Of a DNA stretch of 64,000 nucleotides, positions 1-14,287 are shown piece by piece. Origin of the DNA: Euprymna scolopes (lineage: Eukaryota); assembly GCA_053919585.1 (NCBI GenBank), contig CM132787.1. One strand, given 5' to 3'. The notes beneath the pieces were generated by a model that searched no databases, was not told the DNA's origin, and saw nothing but the letters and a program-made list of their open reading frames with translations. Every line of letters starts with the position of its first letter. Position 1 is the first letter of the stretch. The position numbers and the translations under genes are program-made.

Positions 1-1990
1 ACGTAATAGATGTACTGAGACTAAAGCTGCTTTCAGGATTGCTAGCAACCACTATAAAAGAGTAATAAAAAATGCAAGAGAGCTATATGCTCAGTCCGTT
101 AAATCCAAAGTAGCTAAGCAGCGGCTTGGTTCCCACCAGTTTTGGCAAATAGCAAACGGGATCCTGAACAGAAACGTGTGTTCCATCCCAACAATCAGCA
201 ATGGAACTGAGGTCATCTCGTCAGCATCAGACAAGGCCAAACTATTTGCCAAGAACTTTGCAGCTAATTCTACGCTATGCGACAAAGGCCATCAACTCCC
301 TGTATTTCCTCCTATAACAGACAACACACTATGCAACATACAAATATCTGTGTGTGAGGTCGCCAAGCTAATCAAGAACCTTGATTCCAGTAAACTACTG
401 GCCCTAACGGCATTCCAGTTATAGTGCTGAAAAAGCTCCAACCAGAACTTGCCTCTATACTTACAAAACTGTTTAAGCGTTGCCTTAAGGAGAAGTGCTT
501 TTCAACCCCCTGGAAAACCTCATCAGTATGCCCTGTATTTAAGAATTCAGGTGAAAAGTTACTTCCCTCTCAGTACAGACCAATAAGTCTCCTGTGTGTC
601 ATGAGTAAGTTGCTGGAATTCATATTAAATAGAGAAGTAGTCAACCAGCTCAGCAGAAATAACCTTCTTAGTGACATGCAATATGGTTTCCGCTCCGCAA
701 GATCTACAGCAGATGTGCTAACGGTTACATCTCATAGGATTAGTGAATCTCTTGACAAAAGCTTCCTTTCCAGGGCAATTGCTCTTGACATATCGAAGGC
801 TTTCGATAAGGTATGGCATAAGGACCTACTTCACAAGATTTCCAGCTACGGTATCACTGGTAATGTTTTCTCAATCATTAAATCATTTCTCTCCGATAGG
901 TTCATAAGAGTAGTGGTTAATAGGCAGAAATCAGAGGCCCACAGTATTAATGCTGAAGTCCCTAAGGGGTCCATCCTGGGCCTAACTCTCTTCCCTATCT
1001 ACATCAATGATCTCCCAAAACACATACTTAAATCATTCGTTGACATCTATGCTGATGACATGACCATCTATGGCAACACATCAAAGGCCGTAAATGACAA
1101 AGTTCTCTCTAATTCTCTCTCTTCTGATCTTGAGCGCGTGGTACAGTGGGGGAAGAGGTGGCTGGTTACTTTTAATGCATCTAAAACCAAGCTTCTATCT
1201 TTACATCATCAATGCTCTGATCCCCATCTGGCATCAATTGAAATGGATGGCTCTTGTATTGGGGAGGCTCCATGTTTTGACAAGCTTTTGGGCTTGACCT
1301 TTACTCCTGATCTGAAATGAAACATGTACATCAGGTCTGTTGCCAAGGACGCTAGGAAAATGGTAGGATCCTACTACCGCTCTAGAAGATATCTCACTAC
1401 TGATGCAATTCTCTATCTGTATAAAAGCCAAGTACGTCCAAGGATGGAGTACTGCTGCCACATCTGGGCAGGAGCTGCTAAAAACAGCCTATCCTGCCTT
1501 GGCAGTGTACAAAATAGACTTTGTAGCTTAGTGGGTGATGCCCTTTTCTCTTCCCTGCAGCCTCTCTCCCACAGAAAAGACGTTGCGAGCCTGTTTTTGT
1601 TTTATCGTTATTTTCATGGCAAGTGCTCGTCTGAGCTCAAATCTCCCGTCCCCCCTCGCCAATCTTTCACAAGAAACACCTGTCTGGCTGAAACTACTGA
1701 CAATAATTTTTTCCACTCTTTATCTGTGCCTAAATAGATTCCATGAGAAGAGCTTCCTTCTCAGAAATGTGCGACTGTGGAACTCTCTTCCATTTGCCTG
1801 TTTCCCACCTGACTGCAACTTGGATGTCTTCAAATCCAACATAAACAAATTTCTGACAAACCGCCCTATTAAGTAAGACACTCTATCAAATCTCCAATAC
1901 TAATGATTACTACAATACTATCTCATTGATTACTGTACACGCAATAACCCTTATTCCTGAGTGACCTCCATGTAAAAAAAAAAAAAAAAA
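1..1990 (+). mobile_element. CR1-group LINE, family A, decayed ORF2 (RT) with 3' poly(A)
   Basis: QYRPISLL, QYGFR, ALDISKAFDKVWH, YADD, YKSQVRPRMEYCCHIW; frameshifts and stops; A-tail 1974-1990. Confidence 0.9.
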
Positions 1991-2059
1991 ACAACGCCTA
2001 GCAATCAAAATTACAATAGGATAATGGAAAGAAAACTCACAAAAAAGCCAAAACTAAGT

Positions 2060-2285
2060 CGTAATATCCAGATTTTGCATAAGTCACACAAGGATTATGC
2101 ATTCCTACTTGCTTGAAAACAAACATCAACCAATGTGCCATGCATGTCAAACTATATACACAATCAAATATATTCTTACTGAATTTATTGATCCAGCATC
2201 TACGAGTAAAACGTTTTACAGAGCAAGTGTAATGAAAGTAGAAACTATAATTAACATTTTTACAAAAAATATGAAGATCTAAAAA
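2060..2285 (+). mobile_element. 3' fragment of an I/Nimb-like LINE ORF2
   Basis: HSYLLENKHQPMCHACQTIYTIKYIL is homologous to HSYILNGESAPECIPCQETLTVKHIL in the element at 31.5 kb. Confidence 0.65.
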
Positions 2286-2499
2286 TATACGGTTGAACCC
2301 CTGGATACGTTTTGTTTTGTTTTTCAGGTTAAGATGTAGAATACAATGTTTTTTCAGACCCTGGTTAAGGTATTTTCCCCGCCTTACAGTGTTATTTATA
2401 ATATTTGATTATATACATGTGTATTGTATACTGTACTGTATTTTGTTACTAATTTTTAATATGTACTACGTAAAATTTTGCTTAACCACATACGACAAT

Positions 2500-3000
2500 A
2501 GGCTCCTCAGTACTCTTTCCTGACTTAACAGGATAAAAGCCTGTTTTGAAATCTAATGATTGATGTTCCTTTTCTCTTCCCTACTGCCTCTCTCTCACAG
2601 AGAATCTATCTGCTCTATCATTATTTTCATGACAAGTACTCGACTGAGCTTCAATCTGTGGTTTCTTTCTGTAAAACATTCACAACAACCACTCATCTAG
2701 CTACAACCATGATCAACAGTTTCCCCGATTTTCTATCTGTGCCTAAAACTAAATGAAAATTCTATGAGCAGAGTTTCTTTCATAGGACTGCCCACTTGTA
2801 ACTGACCATAGTCGTTTTTCAAGTCTAGTCCAAGCAAATTCATTTAGCTGTCCTCTTAAATAATCAATTTCTGCCAAATTTCCACCATTACTGATCATCA
2901 CGAGGTTGTCTCACCAGCTACCTGACACTCTTTAACCCTTATCCTCAAGTGGCCTTTGGGCCTTGAAGTGGTTACTCCCTAATAAAAAATAAAATAAAAT
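2500..3000 (+). mobile_element. CR1-group family A 3' fragment
   Basis: Similar to 1500-1970; ends taacccttatcctcaagtggcc...A-rich tail. Confidence 0.75.
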
Positions 3001-3061
3001 TATTACTTCAGTTATGATTAATTTTCATTCCTCACAATATAACAATAAGGATTTTGCCTCC

Positions 3062-3476
3062 TAGTGTTGGGACAATTAATTGGGAATCGGAAAAGTTAGA
3101 ACTTTGTGGGGTGTCGAAATTGAATTGGAAAAATTGTGCGTATTTTTCAATGTCTAAAACAATTTTTTTTTTTTTTAATTTTGTTTTCCATTGCTGGCAC
3201 TAATGATAAATATTTATTGATTTAAAACTACCAGAAAAACTAAACTCTATAGATTAATCCCAACAAAGAAATTTTTATGTTTGCAAAAATATATAGGTTT
3301 TTACAGTAAATATATAGGTTTTTACAGTAATCCAAAAAACAAAACCAGCTCTTTTGTTAAAGGTTTAGAGATTTTAAAATAATCAGTATCATTAATTGTA
3401 TCTGAATCGAGAATTTAGAACAGAATTGGTAATTTTATCAGAATCGGGGGAAAATTTGGGAATCGTCCTATCATTG
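3062..3476. mobile_element. MITE, hAT-like
   Basis: Imperfect TIR tagtgttgggacaatt / aatcgtcctatcattg, with internal gaatcg motifs. Confidence 0.45.
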
Positions 3477-3629
3477 ATGCTTACATTAAAACTTTGTTTA
3501 GATATAATGAAAATAAAATTTTGGTTTAGATACTTATTATAATAATTAATATCTTGAAAAATTTGTTATCTACTTTTTCTCTTTCTCTTCAGAAGCTGTT
3601 GGTTGTGCAGTTGCCTCTACAAAATAAAA

Positions 3630-3738
3630 ATGTTTTTTTACCGTTGGATTAGTAATTCATGTAGAGTCTACACTCGTCCAATCATTTTCCTGCTAATTTT
3701 TGCTTTGATTGCCAACTTTACTACATTAATCTATAATT
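3630..3738 (+). CDS. First coding exon of HtrL/YibB-like gene: MFFYRWISNSCRVYTRPIIFLLIFALIANFTTLIYN (type II signal anchor)
   Basis: Polypyrimidine acceptor tttttctctttctcttcAG ending at 3592, ATG at 3630, 36 open codons with a basic tail then a hydrophobic stretch, phase-1 donor GTAAGT at 3739. Missing from the ORF track because it is short. Confidence 0.65.
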
Positions 3739-6311
3739 GTAAGTTGTCTATTTTTTTTTTTTAACTTTTATTTTTCTTCTCTGCTTTTTTCTTTTTTAAT
3801 CTATCATATATTGGCTTAGCAATTCAGTTCCGACAGCTTTTAAATTTAAAATCTTTCATAATTTAAAATAAACTAATTTAGCAATAACATACTCTCCATT
3901 GTTTACAAATTCTTACAAACGTTCAACAAGCTTTGCAGTACCTCATTGATGCAACAAAAAAAAAGCAAAATGGTGTTTAAAAAAATTCATTTTTATTAAT
4001 TATTTGACATTTAATTTTAAGGATCTGAAATTAAAAATTAAATTAAATCTAAAAGAAAGATTACAAAATGAATCTAAAATAGAATTTTCAAAAAAAGAGA
4101 AAACAGACTCGGAAGTTAAAAAAGAAAAACAGGAACTTAGTTGCAAACCCAATAAAAGTCGTGCATGTTTCTCGCTACTGCTACTGAAAATTCTTACAAA
4201 CCTTACATCAATGGATTTTATACAACCCTGAGCTGTTTATGATTAAAAAAGTCTATACTGTAACGTCCATTATATTAGTGTACTAGGGAGGAGGGTCAGA
4301 AAAATACTTTTTGTTAATGCATGTAGTTGTTCAAAAACATTAAAACTAGATCAATTGAAATTCTAGAGAAAATTGTAATGATTGCAAAACTTGCCTCACA
4401 AATGTCCATGTGTCAGTACATCTTGTAAACTGCTTAAAAATAGAAAAAGATAAACAAAATTGCAACTCCCAGTTAAACTTGCAAACTAACACAAATTCTT
4501 GCCGATAATATTCAGATGAGATGCTGCCATTTTGAATAAAAAGCCTGTTTTTCAGAGATTGAGTCCATTTGGATTTTGAAGAAGTAAGCTGTGACAGCAG
4601 TGTGTTGGATTGAATCCTGGACATTTAGTTGAAAGTGCAGAATAAATAACAATCTGTTTAAAAAAGAACAGAATAGTTAACAATTAATAATTTAACTACA
4701 TCAAACATTCAGCTGCTGATGACTTTTCTTTTTTCCTCATATTGAATAAGTTGAGAGAAAATGAGGCAGTGGGTGATGTTAAAACGTATTGTGACCGAAG
4801 ATGTTGAGAAAGAGAGATGGGAGGACTAAAAGGTGTTACATATACTTTTATCTTTTCAATGGCAATGCCAGTTATTCTTGCTATTATTCAAGAAATTTTT
4901 TTCAGACATGTTTTTCTATACAATAATCGAATTCTAGAAATTGAGGAATATGGTCTATGGTGATGCTACATATATGAAATAGAACTGCATACAATATGGA
5001 TGATGTTAACAGCCTGAAACTTTTACTTTAGTAAGAACTTCTATGCAGTCACTAAATAAACATCAACAGTGCTAACTTCCTCTTTGATATAAGTTATGAT
5101 AAGTAAAGCCATTCAAAATTTATTTTCAGTTAAAATTGATAAGAAATATGCATATAGATAATGTTCTATGCTGGTTTTTGTTGCTGTGAGGCTGTTTTAC
5201 TATTTAACTTTTACTTTCTAAAACTTATTTCAAGATAGATGTATATAAATTTAAATAGTCTCCCCAACTTCATCTCACATACTGAAACTAGTTGCTTACC
5301 CCAGTAGGATATTTCTAAACGGTCGTAAAAAAGGACTTAACTTGAAATAAACACACCGAAGAAAACAAGAATCTTTTATCATTTTTGGTTTAGAGGAATT
5401 TCATGGTATTTGCATGAATAGCCATTATAGAAAAAAAATGGAATCATTACTTGCATCATTTTTTTTCCTCCCCGTATTAGTGCACATATGAAAAATTCCA
5501 AAATCTGATAAAATCACAATGAAGACTTCATTTCTGAGCAAATCTGGTGTCATTTTTGGTTTCTTTTGGGTAAAAAAAAATTACTAGAGTGAATTTTCAG
5601 AAAATATTCAAGAAAATATAATTATTAAAATGTCGCCTGGGTGAATTTGTGTGCAATTTATGCAAAACGAAAATGCTTAAAATCTGAAACTGGTTAGTTA
5701 CATGCTCAGATATTCAGAATTTCTTGGTCTTGAAGATGTCCATCGGTGGTGCAAGTTAGAACAAAATCTGGGATATGAGTGTCAAACCTCGGATAATGAC
5801 ATGGAATTACCCAATAGCAATATACCATAATCTCCAAGGAAAATTATCTTAATGATAGGTTAAACAAAATTCTAGGTATATAATCCTTTAAATATGAAAG
5901 TTTGATTTTCTAAATAGATACTGTCATGGATTACATGTTGAATTGCACAGAAAGATGTGAAGCCACAAATTCACTCCAGCTATAAGTAAAATGGCAATTT
6001 ATTACATGCAATGAATTGTTTGTGTTATTTTGGAATTAAATTATCCAAAAAGGATATACCATAAAATACATTAACCAAAAATGCTCTAAAATACAATCTG
6101 TCTTTAAAAAATTACAATAGGATAGTATGTCATCAGCTGTGTCTGCTGATGAGTTTTCTTTTCTTCAGGTTTTTGACGTTATTAGTGGTAGGGTTCATCA
6201 GCTGAAGAATGTATACTTGTATAAAATGAACAAACGGAAACTTTTTTTTATATAAAAATAGAATTCTTTTATTTTAGTACTTAAGGAGCATTTTAAGAAC
6301 TCTAGAGTTGA

Positions 6312-8315
6312 ATGGCACACAAATGGTTTACTTTTACTTGTGCAGCTGCCATTGCTCAAAGGCAGCATGCGTACTGCAGATTCAACCGACATACAAAGAG
6401 ACAGAAGTATAGAGAAGTTAGATGTAATTGTAAAAGAGAAATAGCGACAGCTAAGACAGAATACACTGAAACCACCAGAAAACGTATCGAAGTACAGAAA
6501 TTAGCGACCTATGATTTTTGGAAAATCTACAATAGTGTAGTAAATAATGGACAGTCAACGATTCCCCTACTATCAGACAATCATGAAGTTGCTTGCACGG
6601 CAACTGAGAAGGCTAACCTACTTGCCAGTCGGTTTGCCTCAAACTCCACATTGGACCCGGCACACCACTCCCTCCCCAACTTTCCTTTGTGGACAGACAC
6701 CACACTAGATGATTTGAATATCACCCCTTCTCAAGTACATGGTATCATAAAATACCTAGACACCTCAAAAGCATGTGGACCCGGTTTCATCCTGGCTGTG
6801 CTATTTAAAAAATGCTCCACTGAGGTTGCTCCAGTTCTCTCCAAACTTTTAAACAAATGCCTTAACGAATCTTGTTTTCCTGACTGCTGGAAAACCGCTT
6901 TGTTTTCAAGAATTCTGGTGAAAGTACTGACCCATTAAATTATCACCCCATTAGCCTTCTCTCGCTATTCACCAAATTAGTTGAGTCCTTAACTAATCAA
7001 ACTCTAGTCCATCACCTTACAGCTGCTAAACTCCTGACTAACAATCAATATGGATTTAGGCAAGCCCGTTCTACAGCAGATATCCTAACTGTTATCTCTG
7101 AACGTATATACCATTTACTAGACAAAACAGGTGAGGGTAGAACGATAACCCTCAATATATCTAAGGCTTTTGACAGGGTATGGCACGATGGTCTTCTAAG
7201 GAAAATTAGATCATATGTTATCACTGGAAGAATACATAATGTAATTAAATCCTTAAGTAAGAGAAAAATCCAGGTTGTTTTCGACAGTTGTACATCTAAA
7301 CAATATGATATAAATGCAGGAGTATCTAAGGAGTCTATCCTTGGCTCTTTATTATTCCTGATATTCATAAATGACCTCCCTGATAAAATTGTTTCGGAGA
7401 TGGGTATATTTGCTGATGACATCACTCTCTATAACATGCACGAGAGGAAAACAAATTAACACATATCTAAAGAAATGGCAGAAACACTAGAGGATGACTT
7501 TAAATCTGTAGTAGAATAGGGACAAAAATGGATGGTCACATTCAATGCTGCCAAGACTAAGCTTGTTTCCTTCAATAATTACAAGAAACCTTCTCTGCCA
7601 CAAATAGCAATGGCCAAAAACACATTACCCGAAAGTACTTCCTTTAAACTCCTTGGCCCAATGTTTACAGGGAACATGAACTGGAATATACATTTAGAGC
7701 ATTGCCAAGGCTGCTGCGAAGAAGGTGGGCTCTCTCTCTTCTACCATGCTAGAAAACTACTTACGCCTGAAAGTATCCTGTACCTCTATAAGGCCACCAT
7801 TCGCCCATTTATGGAGTACTATTGTCACATTTCGGCTGGTGCATCTGCTACTTGTATCTCACTCCTGGAGAGGGTTCAAAAAATAGTCGCCAACCTGATA
7901 GGTCCTGAAATGTCATCTAGGCTTCACCATTGACGAAATGTTGCATCCTTCTGCAACATTTCTACAAGTATTTTAATGGTGAATGCTCTGACGAACCACA
8001 AGTACTTGTATGCCCTCAACATGAATACCCCAGATAAGCAGCTAAATCCCACCCCTTCACAGTAGAGTTCCCTAGGTGTAAAAAGGCCTTCTACTCCAAT
8101 AGTTTCTTCCCCAGAACTGCTAGACTTTGGAACTCCCTTCTAGGATTCTGCTTTCCCAACTGTACTGATATGCAAGAGTTCAAGTGTAATGTGAACAAAC
8201 ATGTTGCTACTCATCTCCCTTCATAATACCCCTGTAACTTATGTCCCCAATAGTAGCTCCCTGTTTGAAAGTGGCACTGTCTTGTTTGGGGTGAAAACTG
8301 AACAAAAAAAAAAAA
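6312..8315 (+). mobile_element. CR1-group LINE, family B, 5'-truncated decayed ORF2
   Basis: RT motifs QYGFR, FADD, LYKATIRPFMEY; 3' tail gtggcactgtcttgtttggggtgaaaa plus poly(A), shared with the copies at 54-56 kb and 58.6-61.5 kb. Confidence 0.9.
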
Positions 8316-9269
8316 TTTATAAAAGAACACAGCTATTCATGGTGAGTCACATTTCCAAAACTGAATTATAATTTTTCCCTTGTGGCAAAACACAAAAGAA
8401 AGAGAGATGCATATTAAAACCAAAGAGACTGAAATGTTTATTTTTCGAATCCTGTTGTCGGCCAAGTAGGTTTGACCTTTTGCACCTGTGTACTTTAATC
8501 ACTTTGACATGACTGAGATTTTATAAACATTTGCCAAGCTGAGCTGATGTGTGCTGATATGAAAACAGCATTGACTTAACTTTATTTATCTCCCTCTAAG
8601 GACAATGAAATACCAATAGAGGGTTTTTAAATGTGGGGAGGTTGAGCAAAAGAATGCTTATATTTGTAACTAATTAACTAATCATTATTATACTAACTTT
8701 TAAAACTATTTATTTGATCAGGCTGGAATATTGTATAGTAGTTACTGTCATCAAAGAACACCAGATCTATACATCAAATCAGAAGTTGAAATTCAGTTAA
8801 AATTCCAATCTTAAATGAACTTTTCAATATTAAGATCTTATAAGATGCAGGACCTCACTGGCTACAATATGGGCTAAGTAGTTGTTCTCTACAAAGAACA
8901 GCACTAAAATTCACACTAAAAGTGTAACATTCACCTTTTCCATAATTTTGACTTTGACCTTCATAGTCCAAAATTAAGTGGGTTCTAAGTTAGAACATGA
9001 TCTATATTTTGACCAAGTTTGGCGATTATTAGTCAAGTGATGTGGACACTGGGCTGTATACAAACTTGACCGAAAACATGATCTCCTTAGCATAAATAAT
9101 TATAAAAATGGAAGAAGGTAACTGGCATGAATAATTAAAAGGAAGAGATGAGTTATAACACTGAACTAATTTTTTACCTGATGAGTTAACAGTATATACT
9201 TTTTGTGTTTCTTTGCTTTAAGTTTATTCGTTTCCAAGGGTTAGCAGTACACAAGACACAAAAGAAATC

Positions 9270-9602
9270 CGTTACAATATTTGTTGTATAATGGAGTATG
9301 ATTCCGCACAGTCGGGAGATTCTATTTATAAACGATGTTGCTAGGAACCAACAAATCGAATTAATTCACGTTCTGCTACGAACCAATCAGAAACCAGAAT
9401 TGCTCCATAAATATTAAACCTTTCTGTGGAGTCCAATTCGAGAACTGTCTACTGCAAACTAGTCAACTGCTGGAACTTGTGGAGAACAACGAACCATCGG
9501 AAACTGTTCTGTCTACTGCAAACCAGTCACCTCTCAGGACTTGTATTGAACTACGAACCATCGGAAACTGTTCTGAAACTAAACATGGCTTACACTTCTA
9601 GA
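9270..9602 (+). mobile_element. Solo LTR of the copia family found at 36.3-41.5 kb
   Basis: Aligns to the reverse complement of 36349-36640 and 41150-41452; flanked by GAAATC at 9264-9269 and 9603-9608. Confidence 0.85.
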
Positions 9603-11450
9603 GAAATCCATGCAAATGTTTATCCTTGGCCTTTGTTAGTTTTTCATTGATATACAAAACAAAAACAGAATGCACTTCTATCATTAATCCAATACTATCT
9701 TGGAATTTCTAAATATTTAATATGTAATAAATACTAAACCAATAGATTATCTAGCTTGCCCATGTTGTTGTGTGTTTGGTTTTTGCAATTCATTCTGATG
9801 TAATGTTATTGACGTTCCTCCATCCCTGGGCGTTAGGAAGTGGGTAAAAATGGAGAAAAAATATTAAAAAAAAGAGGTAGTTTATCAGCAAAACAGTAGA
9901 TAGAACATTGTTTATAAAGGAACACAAAAGAAAGCTAAAGTGGTTGTTGATCAGGGTGTGGTGGTAAGAGAAACAAGAGATCAGTCAGTATATTTTAGAG
10001 TTGATTTTAGGAGTAGCGATGGGTTTGATGACAGTTTTACAACAGTTATAGACAATCTTGAATTTGCGATAATTGACAAGTTAGTTAAGAACCTTATCCA
10101 GTTGGACACAGTTGAAGGCAAATGTCTTTGAAGGAATGCCGAATACCAAGTTCATTTTATATAAACTTTATTCGCAACTTCCCATCGGAGCTACAAGTGC
10201 GTCATAAGTTCTACATCATGCTATGGTTGTATCTCTCTCGGCTTCTAAATGCAGAGACGATATCTTCTGTGCTAACTTATCTAACTCTCCTACTCTGACT
10301 CTCCTACTCTGACTAAACTGTACATGTCTCAAAATCTATCTTCCTTTCATTACATCATTAATAAACGTAGCATTAAGATCACCTGATGTTTTTACATAAT
10401 TTATAATGTTTATCTAGAAATTCATAAATTTGATAATTTCCAAAGTTATCGTAAATAAACACTTCATCCTAAAACACCTATTTTAGCTGACATAACATTT
10501 AAACTAACGAAACACAATAATAATAATCAACTAGTTTACTCTCTGGCGTTGCCCCAGAACCAACAAAAAAAACAGCAGATTGCAGCTTGTACCAGATCAA
10601 GAGAACTTTAGGAGATTGAAATGAGCTGACACAACTGACAACCACAACCTCAGTGGAACGTAAATGTGGACCTTAGCATTCAGAGGGTTGATAGTGTCAA
10701 CTAGTATTTATGTTTTTGTTTTATTTTGATTTTATACTTGTGAGCTAATGTGTGATAGACAACAACATGACCAGAACAGGAAGAGAACATGAAGGAGAAG
10801 ACCAGACACAACGTGGGGGTCAGCATTTGTTGTCGAACAGGAGAGTGCACTCATACAAGCTTTTTCTTACCCTTCACTGTTTTGATTCTTTTTAACTCTA
10901 ATGATTTCTTTCTCCACATATCAATCTACTTCACATTCTTAATTTATAACTGCATTTTTTTTTTAAACAAAAACTACTTTTATGACCTACAATTTTGAAA
11001 CAAATATAAAGCTAATCTTGGCTTATATCTCTAATGGTTTCTTTTAACATTCCTTAATTATAATTTTCCCCATTCTCAGTTGGCAAATATTGGGTAACTT
11101 ACACCACAAATTTCCCTAGATTTTATTTTCCAAATTTGTAATTTCAAGTTTTATTTTCATCATCACTATCACATAGTTATTTGTCAACCCTGCTAGAAAG
11201 GAAAAATTAATAAAAAAAAAATGTTTTAAGTGGATCGTTATTTAAAAAAATATATATTTACTTATTGCTTGGAATGTCTAAAAATTTAATAATCTATGTA
11301 CTAAATACTGATCCAACAGGTTATCTGATTGGTTATAAAAAAAACAACTGAAAAAATAATAATCCTTTCTATGGACAAAAGATGCTGTCTTTATTTGGCT
11401 TGGTTTTGGAATTCATATCCGAAGAACTATTTTTTAGAAACTAAATTCTG

Positions 11451-11521
<71 letters not shown>

Positions 11522-13319
11522 TCCACATACAGTACTGTTTTGCTCTTTCACATATCATATAATATATATATATATATATATAAAATTTAGTTTCTAAAAA
11601 ATAGTTCTTTGGATATGATTTCCAAAATTAAGCCGAATAACGGCAGCATCTTTTGTCCATATATATATGTAATCATCCACATAGAGTACTGTTTCGCTGT
11701 TTCACATATCATATAATATACATATATATATGTATGTATATATATATATATATATATATCTTAATGTAAAAGGAAAAGAGAAAGTTCAATTCCACAAAGA
11801 AGACTTATCCGGATAATGCCAAGCTCAACAATAATTATTAGAACTTTAGCTTATTGAGCTTCCTCGCCATCCATAAAATGCAACAATATCCATCACTAAC
11901 CGTTTTCCCTAGTATTGGACTATTGGACAACATCCCAAACCAAATTTTTTTTTTAACCACCCATAAGCACTCGCGATCTGAAAAAAATCACCATAAAAAA
12001 CTTCAACTCTTTAATATAAAATATTAGCACACCCTCTGAACACCCAACCATTACATAACTTTAAATAAATTACCAACCTAGAATCGCCTGCATCTTGGCA
12101 ATACCTAATTAACAATATATCTGCTTTAAACATAAGCCCACAAACAACTTTGCCTAACAAACCCTATCCCCGTAAATATGTACACTAAACACCACCTGTT
12201 AAATTGCAACCAAACCACCAACTAGCACACGATGCAACGAGAATATAACCTAAACAATATAAAACCTAGGCCCAATTGAAAATATAGCTTAGAAACCACT
12301 TTCCAGAGCTAAAGACTTAAAACCTAAATTTACAACCATCTAACTACCACCCCTAAACCCCACTGACGAGCCCCCCCCCAATAAGAAATTATTTAAAAAT
12401 CAGTGCATTTGGTCTCCACTATTAGATTTACACTAAGCCCTCCACCAGTAGTATTTACCTTAAAACTTTTAAATGTACCGAAAATATAACCTAAGAAAAG
12501 CTCCCTTGATTCAACCCAACCCACCTCCGTCACTCATACAGACATATCCCAATCCCTATCCTACCCCCTCCGACTACCAGCTAAGCACGTTCCCAACCGC
12601 TTACAAGCAAACACGTGTATTTTTCAATTTCCTTCTAGATGCTACTTCCTACTGATAACTTAGATTTGAACACAGTCCAGTTTCGGGTAATTTCCATCAC
12701 AAGAGTCTCCGTTGAAAAAATAGTTTTTTTTGCCATCCAGATTAGGAGGAATAAGATTTCACCAGACCAACACATCTACGAAAGACCACCCTAACAAAAC
12801 ATTTAGAGAAATATGGAGCTTTAAAGGACAGCTATAAACTATGCTTCTTGTATCTCTTGGAGATTAGAACTACTACATTAAGTAGTTATGCCGATTCAAT
12901 GGACCTATCCCTCGTGTTCATAAACGAGAAAGTATGTATTCAATTTTCTAGGCCTGGCTTGTTCATAAAACATAAATGTTATGGCCTTTATAATCGAACT
13001 TCAAGAAATTTAAAGTTTTAAGGTGGAATCTTGAAACTACTGTTCCCAGTGAAGCAATCTTTTAATTTAATTTAAACCAAAGGTTCACCGAACTCTTACG
13101 CTTTCCCAGCTTATTCTAGATCTATATATATATATATATATATATATAATCTGTGTTTTTTATCTGTGTTTGTATATATGTATATATATATATTCTCTTT
13201 ATTTTTCTTTATTTTGTACAGGACCACTTACCCCTCACGCCTCAACCTCATTTCCTGCTATTCTGACCCCCCCGCCACTTGTCTGTATCCCTTTCTTTTA
13301 CGCACCCCTTTGTTGGAGG

Positions 13320-13740
13320 TAGTAGTGGAAGTATTGTTACTACTATCTTTATTATTATCATTATTATTACTGCATTGTTTTTTAGCGCTATTACTATTGT
13401 TATTATTATTGTTTTTATCATTATTATTATAATCATCATTATAATTGATGTTATTATTATTATCCCCGTTATTGTCCCCGTCATTGCTACCATAACCGCC
13501 ACCATTTTCTCCATTTTCACTGTTATTAACAGTAATTTTGAATTTACTTCTATCACAACTATTGGTAATATTATCTTTAATGTTTATTTTTAATGCTTAC
13601 CTTTAATTTTGTCTTTATTTCATCTTTATTTTTATCTTCAATTTTACTTCTATTTTATTTTCAGCTTTATTATGACTACTATTATTATAATTTTCATTAC
13701 TATTATCTTTCATATTATTATAATTACCCTACTATTATTT
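13320..13740. repeat. (ATT)n-rich low-complexity tract
   Basis: Degenerate ATT/TAT repeats that produce the poly-Ile and poly-Leu pseudo-ORFs. Confidence 0.85.
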
Positions 13741-14287
13741 GGTATATTTTACCACTCTCATAAGTAGTAATGGTTTCCTTACTCCTCCACTTTGACATTA
13801 ATATGTATACTTAACCTTTTACATCAAGTTAAACGCACTCATAGTCATTGCCACACTAATCTCCAACCGCCCCCTTATGATCATACTCCCTATATCATAA
13901 CAGTAGAAACTTATAAATATATTGCTGCATATTACCTTTCAGTTTTACACACACACCCTCCCAAATTATAAGCGAATTTATAGCTGCCATTTGCTGTTTA
14001 GGTGGCACCAATCAAAATTACCCACTCCATAGAAAATAGACACCCCACAAACTGTTAAAATAAATTACCACGCAGCAACAATACACCCCCTATTTAACCA
14101 TAATACATATACCCCTGAATCTCAATACTATGTTAAAGATCATATATAATCTTATATATCATACTATATATAACAAGCTTCTGCTTGTTTATTTAGAATT
14201 CAATAAAGCTTCCTCTTAATCTCTTTTGTCCCTAATGAACCTTATGCTAGACGCCGCATCTTCCCCATGCTACCTAACACCTTCTCT

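Noticed and set aside
5392-5812. Possible MITE (gaggaatttcatg / catggaattaccc)
   Set aside because: The inverted repeat is short and mismatched, with no TSD.
6169-6225. Possible extra exon after ctgatgagttttcttttcttcAG, and a ctgatga hammerhead core
   Set aside because: In the phase required by exon 1 it hits TGA at the third codon; no stem II or GAAA follows the ctgatga.
10137-10497. Possible Gypsy-type solo LTR (TG...CA); similar case at 32286-33054
   Set aside because: No TSD, no second copy, and no PBS or PPT.
13166-13593. Hydrophobic membrane-protein-like ORFs
   Set aside because: Translation of (ATT)n low-complexity DNA on both strands.
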